Below are positions 28,206-41,352 of a DNA stretch of 41,352 bases, piece by piece. The notes below the pieces were generated by a model, which worked only from the letters and a program-made list of their open reading frames with translations, made no database searches and was not told the origin of the DNA. A program made the translations under genes and the position numbers. Each line of letters opens with the position of its first letter. Within the stretch, counting starts at the first letter, position 1. Source of the stretch: Eledone cirrhosa (taxonomy: Eukaryota); contig CAXHJY010000405.1 in NCBI GenBank assembly GCA_964016885.1, positions 1-41,352 on the forward strand. The letters are read 5' to 3'.

Positions 28206-29041
28206 TTTCAGTTTTGTTTCAAGGACACATAATATAACACTATCAAACATTTAAGAAAAAATTCAACGCAATAACCTTACTGAACCCACGTCGTCTCTGG
28301 ATTAAGTCTGCTCCACTTTCTCAAATTTATTGTTGTACCCTTCACTCTGTCTAACAGTAACTTCTTCCATTTTGTTTTGTATTTCTATTTAAATTGTATA
28401 AAAAAAGAACGTGGTAGAATTGATTCACAAAGGATGTTTAAGGGAACACTCCCGGTTTCATTTCCAATATATATAATCAAACGTTTAAGAAAAATTTTCA
28501 ACTGAATAACCTTTTCCTAAATCCTAAATGATACCTCACTATACACGCGAGACTAGAGAAGAAAAGACTTGGAGAAAACACGACATAATAGAGTCTAACA
28601 GCACAATACTTCCTCTAACATAATGTAACTGTAGTGACAATAAATAAGCAGATAAAAAATACACCAGACGTAGCTTTGTCAAGGAATGATAACGAAATTG
28701 ACTAGTGCCAAACGAAGTAAAATGGACGCAGTAACCTAAAAAATATATGACAGAAGGATGTTAAACAAATTTCAATATATTAAAGCATACAAAGTAAACA
28801 GCTGGATATTATAGTATAGAACATAACAGGATATTGTATAACGTATTTATAATTTTTTTCTCTCTGACAATATATTAGGCCATTTCAATATGTTTCACCT
28901 CTAGTATATAATATAAATATAGCAATCAAAGGTTAAGAAATATACTCAATATACAAAGAATGATGTCCTCCTGTGAAGCGATTTTATAATTCAAATTTTT
29001 TGAAATCGGTAAACAACATCCCAATTTGGTATTCTTGCTAG

Positions 29042-29470
29042 ACGTTACCTATGGTCACGAAACATGGGTAATAACAGAAATAATACGATTGCGAATAAAA
29101 TAGCCGAAATGGATGAACTCCGAAGGGTCTTTGAAGTAACTTTACTGAAGAGAGTACATAGTTCGGAGATCAATCCAGGTAGAGATGCTACTTCTCCGAA
29201 ATGAGAGATCACATCTCTGATAATATGGCGATCTGGTTAGAATGTCCCAGGAAAGAATGTGTAGCTCAGAGATCAGAGAGTCACTCCAGGTAGAGACGCA
29301 AGTTCTCTGAATTGAGAGACCACAGCTCTGATACAATTGGTGGGTGGTTAGAAGGTCTCAGGAATAACCGCTGGACAGAATATATGCGCAAAACCATCAA
29401 GCAGTAAACGCAGGAGTAGACCCAAAGCAAGATGGGAAGTTTGGCTGCGAGTGTTTACATGGAGAGCTTT
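29042..29470 (+). pseudogene. decayed RTE-clade LINE RT C-terminal fragment (not in the ORF track)
   Basis: Manual translation across frameshifts and stops: TYGHETWVITE..RLRI / AEMDELRRVFEVTLLKRVHSSEI / VEMLLLRNERSHL**YGDLVRMSQER / PSSSKRRSRPKARWE. This follows the RTE motifs YGxExW, AEMxxLRR, QLRWxGHxxRM and RGRPxxRW. Confidence 0.85.
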
Positions 29471-29593
29471 ACTGACATTGATATATTATTTACATGTTAC
29501 TCAAATAAAGGATATTTGTTAATAAAACCATTAATATTATAAATATATATGTGTGTATGTGTGTCCGTATTTATATATATATATATATATATA

Positions 29594-29812
29594 AGAGGTA
29601 AACAGAAATAACAATACAATCGGTACAGTATAAGGAAGGGATATATTAGGTTAACGCTTGATATATCAGGTGGAGGGTCCTTAACGTTTCGGAAGCAAGT
29701 CTGTCATCAGAAGAAAGAATGAGAAATAAGATAGATTGAGGGGGACGGGTAGGTTGGAAAAAATGCCTTTAGATAAAAATAACAGGTCCATTCATGTTGA
29801 CATCTCTTGTAA
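29594..29812 (-). mobile_element. Penelope-like 3' end with minimal hammerhead motif
   Basis: Minus strand TTCTT-CTGATGA-(decayed stem II)-GAAACGTT-AAGGA at 29678-29715, with palindromic ACGT stem III. The upstream RCQHEWTCYFYLKAFFP weakly resembles a GIY-YIG C-terminus. Ends at (TA)n. Confidence 0.6.
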
Positions 29813-29919
29813 AACTGTTGGTGCTGGCGTTTTGTGTATGATTTATTTTTTAGAAAAGTGGTTTAGGGGACGCATCTACCTGAAATGGAAAAAAATGGTT
29901 TTGTAAAAAGAGTTATACT

Positions 29920-29952
<33 letters not shown>

Positions 29953-30097
29953 AGCTAAGAAGAAATGTGTATATGTGAGTAAAATAATGTTTGCATGTAC
30001 GTACGAAGTTATACACTGAGAGAGAGGGGGGGGAGAGAGGGGGAAAGAAGTGAGGTGCAACAGAAATGAAACATTGATTACAGGTTAAAATATAGTC

Positions 30098-30712
30098 TAG
30101 ATATATGAGAAACAAAACGAGAATGTAGTCTATGAAACACCCAAATGATTTAGAAATCGAACTTGAGTAGGAGCAATAACATTAAGAAAGACATGAATGA
30201 CACAGCATCATTTCATTTTGAATGTTTTGAACATTTTGAAAGTAGATTTATATGTATGAATTGTCAGGAGATTTTTGTAGCTGTCGCAGTGGACTAATGG
30301 TAGGTACAAGAGACGGTGGAGATCCTGGTCTTGGTGTCAAAACTGGTCGAGAGGTACATGTAATTTTCTTCAGTTTTTATTTTACAACCCAGAGAAAAAA
30401 CTGAAAAGTTTTGCCGGGAACACTACTCACGACCAGGATCGAACTTCAGACCAGGATCACCACCGTCTGTAATTCCTCCAACTAGGCCGCCGAGACAACT
30501 ACAAAAGTATAATGAAAGTTAATAACTATAAACCTACTTTCAAAATCAAAGATAAGAAGATGTGGTGTCGTTCATGGCTTTCATAGAGGTATTATCCATA
30601 TTTAGGGACGACTTGTCAATATTCTGGCTCTTTTGCAACAACCTTATTATTTCTATGTGTGTTTAACTGTTGAATTAATTCAACATGATTATTTTAACAA
30701 AAACTAATATAT
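30098..30712 (-). mobile_element. family C palindromic element, copy 2
   Basis: Reverse-complement homolog of 6004-6575, e.g. GACCAGGATCGAACTTCAGACCAGGATCACCACCG at 30431. Confidence 0.8.
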
Positions 30713-30920
30713 ACTGCGAAGCATGGCAGGAGAAAGAGAAAGATTGTTTTTGTATGTCTAAGTTGCAATGGAAATATATATATATACATATATATGTGTT
30801 TGTGTGTGTGATTGTATATTAATACGAAGTTAGTAATCTAGAAAGAGGAACATGCTTACATATACAAACGCATACATAGATACACCTTGAGGGTTGCACA
30901 AGCTGAATAAAATACCAAAT

Positions 30921-31028
30921 TTTCGTTCACGGATCATTTTTAAATTTAGCTACAAAAAGTAATACATTTCTTTTAAAAGAAATGTATTACTTTTTGTAGC
31001 TAAATTTAAAAATGATCCGTGAACGAAA
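30921..31028. repeat. perfect 108-bp palindrome with no spacer
   Basis: The 54-bp arms were checked base by base; centre TTTT|AAAA at 30974/30975; followed by (TA)n. Confidence 0.95.
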
Positions 31029-32205
31029 TATATATATATATACACACACACAAACATTCACACGGCCATTTCATGAAAAATTCGGCAAAAAATGAAAAAC
31101 AAATAATTTATTTCGCAATTTTTAATCGGCAAAGAACTTTTAAAATTTGTTTGTCAATATTTGTAAATATATGGAAACTCTAAGAATATTTAAATTAATC
31201 TAAGAATATTTAATTATTTATTTCTATATATTTTAGAGAAAGAAAAAAAAAAAGGAATAAAATCTTTTCCTCATATTCTCTAAAAATACCGTTGAATTAT
31301 ATATTTCTTGAAATAAAATTCTTGCAAAATATGATTAATTTTAGTTCCCTTCCTACCTGTCTACCTGTTATTTTTACTCTATTTCTTCATCGATACTAGT
31401 CCGTCCATTCTCCTGAGGGTCTTTTAATTTCCATCATCATCATCTTCACCATCATCATCATCATCATCTTCTTGTTTCCTGTTCTTTCTTCTTCAGCTTG
31501 CTAAAGTTCATCATCTTGGACGCCATTTCCTTTTATATATATTCTTCATCTACTCCTCCCTCTACGACGACTACTACAATGCGCTTTTATGTATCTATAT
31601 ATGTGATGTCATTATCAGAATGGAGAGTCAGACCATTATTCAATCTCAGTTTTCTTTATTCAAAGAATGAAGGGTTGAGATATTTATGAATTTCATATAT
31701 ATATATATATATAAGAGAGTATTGAAGTTTGCTTGAAGCATTGTGGAATAATAAGGTATATTTCTTTAGGTCGTTTTGGAAGCATCAACAATGCACATGG
31801 GTAAATATCCGGGTAAAATGAATTCCGTGAGAGAACATCGTAATTTTTCTCCCTCATATCAAGAATCTGAAGACAATTCATTTTCACCTGATGAGATCAG
31901 TGATAATCGATCATGTCTTGACAATCGATCTATCTCTTATTTAAACATGTGTCCTGATTAAATGATTTGAATTTTACAATGCCTTCGGATTTTCATTTTG
32001 ATACTTATACTCCGTTTTACATCATCTAGCTGTTCCCTTGAATTTAATTGGAGATATACAAAAGTGTGGAGAACTAAATATTGCTAACATAAAGTTATTG
32101 GACCATTTTACACAACCAATAATGCACCTTACTATATAACAACTCTCTCTATATATATATATATTATATATATATATTTTTTTTATATGTATATATATAT
32201 ATATA

Positions 32206-32566
32206 TAATGAAGGAAGTGTGGTAAGGAATCAGGTGGACCATAACGCACCAGAGTACTCAATACTTAGGGTAGTAGAGTTGGTGATATGGATTCGTCAAA
32301 ATTTCTTGTAAACACAATTAAATCTTTCATGGCGTGAAAAATTAAATTGTGTTGACGCCATGACAGATTGAATTCTGTTGATAAGAACATTTAACTAATC
32401 CTTTTGACAACAACAATCTTCAGAAATGCATTATTATCGCACGCCCATATATGGATTTGCCCCTTGAAAAGTTCGGCTATTTATTACCACGCTAAAAATC
32501 TAATTTAGTCCAGAAATAACCGTCGGAACGGCTTGAGGTCTGCCGTCGGGGTCTTGAACATGTTCC

Positions 32567-32567
<1 letters not shown>
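32206..32567. mobile_element. Penelope-like remnant: inverted tail, internal hairpin, decayed full hammerhead
   Basis: 32206-32290 is the inverse of the 7050-7140 tail. 32460-32551 reads CCCC-TTGAAAA-GTTCGGCTATTT...AAATAACCGTC-GGAA-CGGC-TTGAGGTCT-GCCG-TC-GGGG. TA flanks. Confidence 0.68.
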
Positions 32568-32600
<33 letters not shown>

Positions 32601-33029
32601 TCGAAAGTTCACGTCTCCCTAAGGAAAGTACTGCTACATTTTAAAGTATTTTCAGATCATTTCTTATACACCTGTTTCATTATATTTTATTGTGTCATAC
32701 TGTTTTGTGTTGAATATTATTAACGGTGAATAATCTGCTTAAAAGCAGAAAACCACTTCAAAATACAATATGACAACTAGCTTTTAATATGTTATAGTTG
32801 AGATTCCTTTGATTCGATAGTAATATATGAATATGCATCATTCTTTATTTTTCATTTTCGTTCTTGACATTTCTATAGATACTATTGTAACTTTATTAAA
32901 GCGAGGTGAGAATGATCTAACCCTTAATTGAGACCTACTTAAAATTCAATAAATGCAATCATACAAAGCCACACAGAGACAGACATATATACATACATAC
33001 ACACATATGTATATATATATATATAACAT

Positions 33030-33060
<31 letters not shown>

Positions 33061-33136
33061 TTACAAAAAATATATATGACTCGGAACTTGCGTTACGTTT
33101 CGCTTTTTCTACCAGCCGAAGTGCGATTCTCGCTGA

Positions 33137-33195
<59 letters not shown>

Positions 33196-33198
<3 letters not shown>

Positions 33199-36100
33199 CC
33201 GGAAATAGCCAGAAAGAGCCAGAAATAGCCGGAAATAGGCGGAAATACCCGGAAACACCCGAAAACACCCGGGAATAGCCGGAAATACCAGTGAATAGCC
33301 GGAAGTACGCGGAAACACCCGAAAACACCCGGGAATAGCCGGAAATACCAGTGAATAGCCGGAAATAGCTGGAAGTACCCGAAAATAATCGGAGATAGCC
33401 GGGAACAGCCGGAGATAACCCGAATTACCCGGAAATAACCGGAAGCAGGCGGATATAGCCGGAAATAACCGGATATACCCGGAAATAGCCGGGAATAGCC
33501 GGAGACAGCCGGAAATACCCTGAAACACCGGAAATACATGGAAATAGCCGGAAGTACACGTGAATTGCCGGAAATAACCGGAAACACCCGCAAATAGCTG
33601 AAATTAGCCGGAAATAGCCGGAGATACACGGAAATACCTGGAAACACCCGAAAACACCCGGGAATAGCCGGAAATACCTGTGGATAGCCGAAAATACACG
33701 GGAATAGCTGGAAGTACGGGTAAATAGTCGGAGATAGCCGGAAAAAGCCGAAGAAAACCCGAAACACCCGGAGATACGCGAAAATAGGCGGAAATAGCCG
33801 GGATTAGCCGGAAACAACCTGGGCTACCCGGAAACACCCGGACACACCTGGAAACACCCGGAAATAGACGGAAATACCCGGAAATACTAGAAATAGTCGA
33901 AAATACCCGTAAATTGCCGGAAATAACCGAAAACACCCGGAAATAACCGGAAATACCCGGAAATAACCGAAAACACCCGGAAATAACCGAAAACACCTGG
34001 GAACAGCCGGAAATACCTGTGAATAGCCGGAAATACCCGTAAATAATCGGAGATAGCCGGAAACAGCAGGAGATAACACGAATTACCCGGAAATAACCGG
34101 AAGCAGGCGGATATAGCCGGAAATAACCGGATATACCCGGAAATAGCCGGGAATAACCAGAAATATTCGTAAACATCCGGAAATATTTGTAAACATCCGG
34201 AAACCGTCGGGAATACCCGGAGATACCCGAAAATAGGCGGGAATAGCCGGAATTAGCCGGAAACAAACGGTAATATCCGGAAGTAACCGGGAAAAACCGG
34301 GAATAGTCGAAAAAATCCGTGAATAGCCGGAATTATCCGGAAATACCCGGAAATACCCGGACAAGTCCAGAAATAGCCGGATATACCCGAAAACATCCGA
34401 AAACATCCGAAAACACCCGGGAACAGCCGGAAATACCTGGATATACTCGGAATTAGCCGGGAACACACGGAAATACCCGGAAACACCGGAAATAACCGAA
34501 CATATCGGAAACACCCGGAAACATCCGAAAACAGACGGAATAACCGGAAATGCTGGAAATACCTGTGAATTACCGGAAGCACCCGGAAGCAGTCTGAAAC
34601 ACTCGGAAATACCCGGAGATACCCGGAACTATCCGGAAACACCTGGAAATAACCGGGAATAGCCGGAAATACCTGTGAATAGCCAGAAAAACCCGGGAAT
34701 AGCTGGAAGTACCCGTACATAATTGGAGATAGCCGGAGATTGACAGAATTACCCGAAAATAACGGAAACAACCGGAAATAAGCTGAAACCACCGGAAACA
34801 CCCGAGAATAGCCGAAAACACCCGGAAATAACCAGAAACAACCGGAAATACCCGGATATATCCGGAAACAGCCGGAAATACAAGAAACTTCCGGAAGTAT
34901 CCGGAAACACCCGAAAATTGCCGGACATAACTGGGAATACCCGGAAATAACAGGAAATAGTCGGGAATACCCGGAAATAACTGGAAATACCCGGAAATAG
35001 TCGTAGATGAACGGAAAGGCCCGGAAACAACAGGGAACCACCGGAAATAGCATGAAATACCCGGAGATAACCGGAAATAACCGTAAAAACGCGCAAACAC
35101 CCGGAAGTATCGCAAATAGCCGGAATAACCGGAAACAGCCGTGAATGCTCGAAAACACACGGAAACACTCGGGAAAACCGGTAATACCCGGAAACAGCGG
35201 GAAACATCGAAGGGAAAACAAACGGAAATTCGACGGAAAATAGACGGATATACCCGGGAATGACCGGAAATAGTTGGAAATACCCGTAAATAGTCGAAGA
35301 TAGCCGGAAATAATCGAAAACACCTGGGAATAGCCGGAAATACCTGTGAATAGCCGGAAATACCCGTAAATAATCGGAGATAGCCGGAAACAGCAGGAGA
35401 TAACCCGAATTACCCGGAAATAACCGGAAGCAGGCGGATATAGCCGGAAATAACCGGATATACCCGGAAATAGCCGGGAATAAAATAACCAGAAATATTC
35501 GTAAACATCCGGAAATATTTGTAAACATCCGGAAACCGTCGGGAATACCCGGAGATACCCGAAAATAGGCGGGAATAGCCGGAATTAGCCGGAAACAAAC
35601 GGTAATATCCGGAAATAACCGGGAAAAACCGGGAATAGTCGAAAAAATCCGTGAATAGCCGGAATTATCCGGAAATAACCGAAAATACCCGGACAAGTCC
35701 AGAAATAGCCGGATATACCCGAAAACATCCGAAAACATCCGAAAACACCCGGAAATAACCGGAAACACCCGGAAATAACCGAAAACACCTGGGAATAGCC
35801 GGAAATACCTGTGAATAGCCGGAAATACCCGTAAATAATCGGAGATAGCCGGAAACAGCAGGAGATAACCCGAATTACCCGGAAATAACCGGAAGCAGGC
35901 GGATATAGCCGGAAATAACCGGATATACCCGGAAATAGCCGGGAATAACCAGAAATATTCGTAAACATCCGGAAATATTTGTAAACATCCGGAAACCGTC
36001 GGGAATACCCGGAGATACCCGAAAATAGGCGGGAATAGCCGGAATTAGCCGGAAACAAACGGTAATATCCGGAAATAACCGGGAAAAACCGGGAATAGTC

Positions 36101-39100
36101 GAAAAAATCCGTGAATAGCCGGAATTATCCGGAAATAACCGAAAATACCCGGACAAGTCCAGAAATAGCCGGATATATCCGAAAACATCCGAAAACATCC
36201 GAAAACACCCGGAAATAACCGGAAACACCCGGAAATAACCGAAAACACCTGGGAATAGCCGGAAATACCTGTGAATAGCCAGAAAAACCCGGGAATAGCT
36301 GGAAGTACCCGTACATAATTGGAGATAGCCGGAGATTGACATAATTACCCGAAAATAACGGAAACAACCGGAAATAAGCTGAAACCACCGAAAACACCCG
36401 AGAATAGCCGAAAACACCCGGAAATAACCAGAAACAACCGGAAATACCCGGATATATCCGGAAACAGCCGGAAATACAAGAAACTTCCGGAAGTATCCGG
36501 AAACACCCGAAAATTGCCGGACATAACTGGGAATACCCGGAAATAACAGGAAATAGTCGGGAATACCCGGAAATAACTGGAAATACCCGGAAATAGTCGT
36601 AGATGAACGGAAAGGCCCGGAAACAACAGGGAACCACCGGAAATAGCATGAAATACCCGGAGATAACCGGAAATAACCGTAAAAACGCGCAAACACCCGG
36701 AAGTATCGCAAATAGCCGGAATAACCGGAAACAGCCGTGAATGCTCGAAAACACACGGAAACACTCGGGAAAACCGGTAATACCCGGAAACAGCGGGAAA
36801 CATCGAAGGGAAAACAAACGGAAATTCGACGGAAAATAGACGGATATACCCGGGAATGACCGGAAATAGTTGGAAATACCCGTAAATAGTCGAAGATAGC
36901 CGGAAATAACCGAAAACACCTGGGAATAGCCGGAAATACCCGTAAATAATCGGAGATAGCCGGAAACAGCAGGAGATAACCCGAATTACCCGGAAATAAC
37001 CTGAAGCAGGCGGATATAGCCGGAAATAACCGGATATACCCGGAAATAGCCGGGAATAAAATAACCAGAAATATTCGTAAACATCCGGAAATATTTGTAA
37101 ACATCCGGAAACCGTCGGGAATACCCGGAGATACCCGAAAATAGGCGGGAATAGCCGGAATTAGCCGGAAACAAACGGTAATATCCGGAAATAACCGGGA
37201 AAAACCGGGAATAGTCGAAAAAATCCGTGAATAGCCGGAATTATCCGGAAATAACCGAAAATACACGGACAAGTCCAGAAATAGCCGGATATACCCGAAA
37301 ACATCCGAAAACACCCGGAAATAACCGGAAACACCCGGAAATAACCGAAAACACCTGGGAATAGCCGGAAATACCTGTGAATAGCCGGAAATACCCGTAA
37401 ATAATCGGAGATAGCCGGAAACAGCAGGAGATAACCCGGATTACCCGGAAACAACCGGAAGCAGGCGGATATAGCCGGAAATAACCGGATATACCCGGAA
37501 ATAGCCGGGAATAACCAGAAATATTCGTAAACATCCGGAAATATTTGTAAACGGAAACCGTCGGGAATACCCGGAGATACCCGAAAATAGGCGGGAATAG
37601 CCGGAATTAGCCGGAAACAAACGGTAATATCCGGAAATAACCGGGAAAAACCGGGAATAGTCGAAAAAATCCGTGAATAGCCGGAATTATCCGGAAATAC
37701 CCGAAAATACCCGGACAAGTCCAGAAATAGCCGGATATACCCGAAAACATCCGAAAACATCCGAAAACACCCGGGAACAGCCGGAAATACCTGGATATAC
37801 TCGGAATTAGCCGGGAACACACGGAAATACCCGGAAATACCCGGAAACACCGGAAATAACCGAACACATCGGAAACACCCGGAAACATCCGAAAACAGAC
37901 GGAATAACCGGAAATGCTGGAAATACCTGTGAATTACCGGAAGCACCCGGAAGCAGTCTGAAACACTCGGAAATACCCGGAGATACCCGGAACTATCCGG
38001 AAACACCTGGAAATAACCGGAATAGCCGGAAATACCTGTGAATAGCCAGAAAAACCCGGGAATAGCTGGAAGTACCCGTACATAATTGGAGATAGCCGGA
38101 GATTGACAGAATTATCCGAAAATAACGGAAACAACCGGAAATAAGCTGAAACCACCGGAAACACCCGAGAATAGCCGAAAACACCCGGAAATAACCAGAA
38201 ACAACCGGAAATACCCGGATATATCCGGAAGCAGCCGGAAATACAAGAAACTTCCGGAAGTATCCGGAAACACCCGAAAATTGCCGGACATAACTGGGAA
38301 TACCCGGAAATAACAGGAAATAGTCGGGAATACCCGGAAATAACTGGAAATACCCGGAAATAGTCGTAGATGAACGGAAAGGCCCGGAAACAACAGGGAA
38401 CCACCGGAAATAGCATGAAATACCCGGAGATAACCGGAAATAACCGTAAAAACGCGCAAACACCCGGAAATATCGCAAATAGCCGGAATAACCGGAAACA
38501 GCCGTGAATGCTCGAAAACACACGGAAACACTCGGAAAACCGGTAATACCCGGAAACAGCGGGAAACATCGAAGGGAAAACAAACGGAAATTCGACGGAA
38601 AATAGACGGATATACCCGGGAATGACCGGAAATAGTTGGAAATACCCGTAAATAGTCGAAGATAGCCGGAAATAACCGAAAACGCCTGGGAATAGCCGGA
38701 AATACCTGTGAATAGCCGGAAATACCCGTAAATAATCGGAGATAGCCGGAAACAGCAGGAGATAACCCGAATTACCCGGAAACAACCGGAAGCAGGCGGA
38801 TATAGCCGGAAATAACCGGATATACCCGGAAATAGCCGGGAATAAAATAACCAGAAATATTCGTAAACATCCGGAAATATTTGTAAACATCCGGAAACCG
38901 TCGGGAATACCCGGAGATACCCGAAAATAGGCGGGAATAGCCGGAATTAGCCGGAAACAAACGGTAATATCCGGAAATAACCGGGAAAAACCGGGAATAG
39001 TCGAAAAAATCCGTGAATAGCCGGAATTATCCGGAAATAACCGAAAATACCCGGACAAGTCCAGAAATAGCCGGATATACCCGAAAACATCCGAAAACAT

Positions 39101-41352
39101 CCGAAACACCCGGAAATAACCGGAAACACCCGGAAATAACCGAAAACACCTGGGAATAGCCGGAAATACCTGTGAATAGCCGGAAATACCCGTAAATAAT
39201 CGGAGATAGCCGGAAACAGCAGGAGATAACCCGAATTACCCGGAAATAACCGGAAGCAGGCGGATATAGCCGGAAACAACCGGATATACCCGGAAATAGC
39301 CGGGAATAACCAGAAATATTCGTAAACATCCGAAATATTTGTAAACATCCGGAAACCGTCGGGAATACCCGGAGATACCCGAAAATAGGCGGGAATAGCC
39401 GGAATTAGCCGGAAACAAACGGTAATATCCGGAAATAACCGGGAAAAACCGGGAATAGTCGAAAAAATCCGTGAATAGCCGGAATTATCCGGAAATAACC
39501 GAAAATACCCGGACAAGTCCAGAAATAGCCGGATATACCCGAAAACATCCGAAAACATCCGAAAACACCCGGGAACAGCCGGAAATACCTGGATATACTC
39601 GGAATTAGCCGGGAACACACGGAAATACCCGGAAATACCCGGAAACACCGGAAATAACCGAACATATCGGAAACACCCGGAAACATCCGAAAACAGACGG
39701 AATAACCGGAAATGCTGGAAATACCTGTGAATTACCGGAAGCACCCGGAAGCAGTCTGAAACACTCGGAAATACCCGGAGATACCCGGAACTATCCGGAA
39801 ATAACCGGGAATAGCCGGAAATACCTGTGAATAGCCAGAAAAACCCGGGAATAGCTGGAAGTACCCGTACATAATTGGAGATAGCCGGAGATTGACAGAA
39901 TTACCCGAAAATAACGGAAACAACCGGAAATAAGCTGAAACCACCGGAAACACCCGAGAATAGCCGAAAACACCCGGAAATAACCAGAAACAACCGGAAA
40001 TACCCGGATATATCCGGAACAGCCGGAAATACAAGAAACTTCCGGAAGTATCCGGAAACACCCGAAAATTGCCGGACATAACTGGAATACCCGGAAATAA
40101 CAGGAAATAGTCGGGAATACCCGGAAATAACTGGAAATACCCGGAAATAGTCGTAGATGAACGGAAAGGCCCGGAAACAACAGGGAACCACCGGAAATAG
40201 CATGAAATACCCGGAGATAACCGGAAATAACCGTAAAAACGCGCAAACACCCGGAACTATCGCAAATAGCCGGAATAACCGGAAACAGCCGTGAATGCTC
40301 GAAAACACACGGAAACACTCGGAAAACCGGTAATACCCGGAAACAGCGGGAAACATCGAAGGGAAAACAAACGGAAATTCGACGGAAAATAGACGGATAT
40401 ACCCGGGAATGACCGGAAATAGTTGGAAATACCCGTAAATAGTCGAAGATAGCCGGAAATAACCGAAAACGCCTGGGAATAGCCGGAAATACCTGTGAAT
40501 AGCCGGAAATACCCGTAAATAATCGGAGATAGCCGGAAACAGCAGGAGATAACCCGGATTACCCGGAAATAACCGGAAGCAGGCGGATATAGCCGGAAAT
40601 AACCGGATATACCCGGAAATAGCCGGGAATAAAATAACCAGAAATATTCGTAAACATCCGGAAATATTTGTAAACATCCGGAAACCGTCGGGAATACCCG
40701 GAGATACCCGAAAATAGGCGGGAATATCCGGAATTAGCCGGAAACAAACGGTAATATCCGGAAATAACCGGGAAAAACCGGGAATAGTCGAAAAAATCCG
40801 TGAATAGCCGGAATTATCCGGAAATAACCGAAAATACCCGGACAAGCCAAGAAATAGCCGGATATACCCGAAAACATCCGAAAACACCCGGAAATAACCG
40901 GAAACACCCGGAAATAACCGAACACACCTGGGAATAGCCGGAAATACCTGTGAATAGCCGGAAATACCCGTAAATAATCGGAGATAGCCGGAAACAGCAG
41001 GAGATAACCCGAATTACCCGGAAATAACCGGAAGCAGGCGGATATAGCCGGAAATAACCGGATATACCCGGAAACAGCCGGGAATAACCAGAAATATTCG
41101 TAAACATCCGGAAATATTCGTAAACATCCGAAACCGTCGGGAATACCCGGAGATACCCGAAAATAGGCGGGAATAGCCGGAATTAGCCGGAAACAAACGG
41201 TAATATCCGGAAGTAACCGGGAAAAACCGGGAATAGTCGAAAAAATCCGTGAATAGCCGGAATTATCCGGAAATACCCGAAAATACCCGGACAAGTCCAG
41301 AAATAGCCAGGATATACCCGAAAACATCCGAAAACATCCGAAAACACCCGGG
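33196..41352. repeat. CpG-rich satellite of ~10-bp CCGGAAATAN monomers with higher-order repeats; runs off the window end
   Basis: Landmark TCGTAGATGA at 35001, 36597, 38364 and 40151. Landmark GCAGGCGGATATAG occurs in pairs at 35430/35895, 37006/37461, 38792/39256 and 40579/41034. Confidence 0.97.

Noticed and set aside
29134-29170. CTGAAGA as a hammerhead core
   Set aside because: It lies within RTE coding sequence (LLKRV) and has no GAAA or stem III.
31884-31922. CTGATGA-GATC...ATCGATCATGTC possible hammerhead; similar weak cases near 6650-6694, 7338-7370 and 12530-12565
   Set aside because: Each lacks one of the two core strands. They may be decayed remnants but cannot be supported by eye.
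33029-41327. Many long minus-strand ORFs (up to 479 aa, FPGISGYFR-like)
   Set aside because: They are open in all three frames because the 10-bp satellite rarely yields minus-strand stops, and indels between HOR copies do not preserve frame.

Overview
Very AT-rich, microsatellite-dense eukaryotic non-coding DNA. The SINE content and (TA)n load resemble an octopus/cephalopod genome; this is my recollection and is unverified. No host gene is convincingly supported, and nearly all listed ORFs are artefacts of simple repeats or of the satellite. Positions 1-33.2 kb contain: at least 7 copies of one tRNA-derived SINE; a second CORE-like SINE; two 3' fragments of RTE-clade LINEs; two copies of a ~600-bp palindromic element with convergent Pol III-like heads; and about a dozen short elements sitting in (TA)n tracts. 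Those short elements carry type I hammerhead-ribozyme motifs (CUGANGA...GAAA...UH), often in fold-back form with a 75-95 bp tail containing a shared YGAGTRC motif, and are best read as Penelope-like retroelement pseudo-LTR remnants. Positions 33.2 kb to the end are a CpG-rich satellite of ~10-bp CCGGAAATAN units with nested ~460-bp and ~1.6-1.8-kb higher-order repeats. All alignments and folds were done by eye, so boundaries are approximate.
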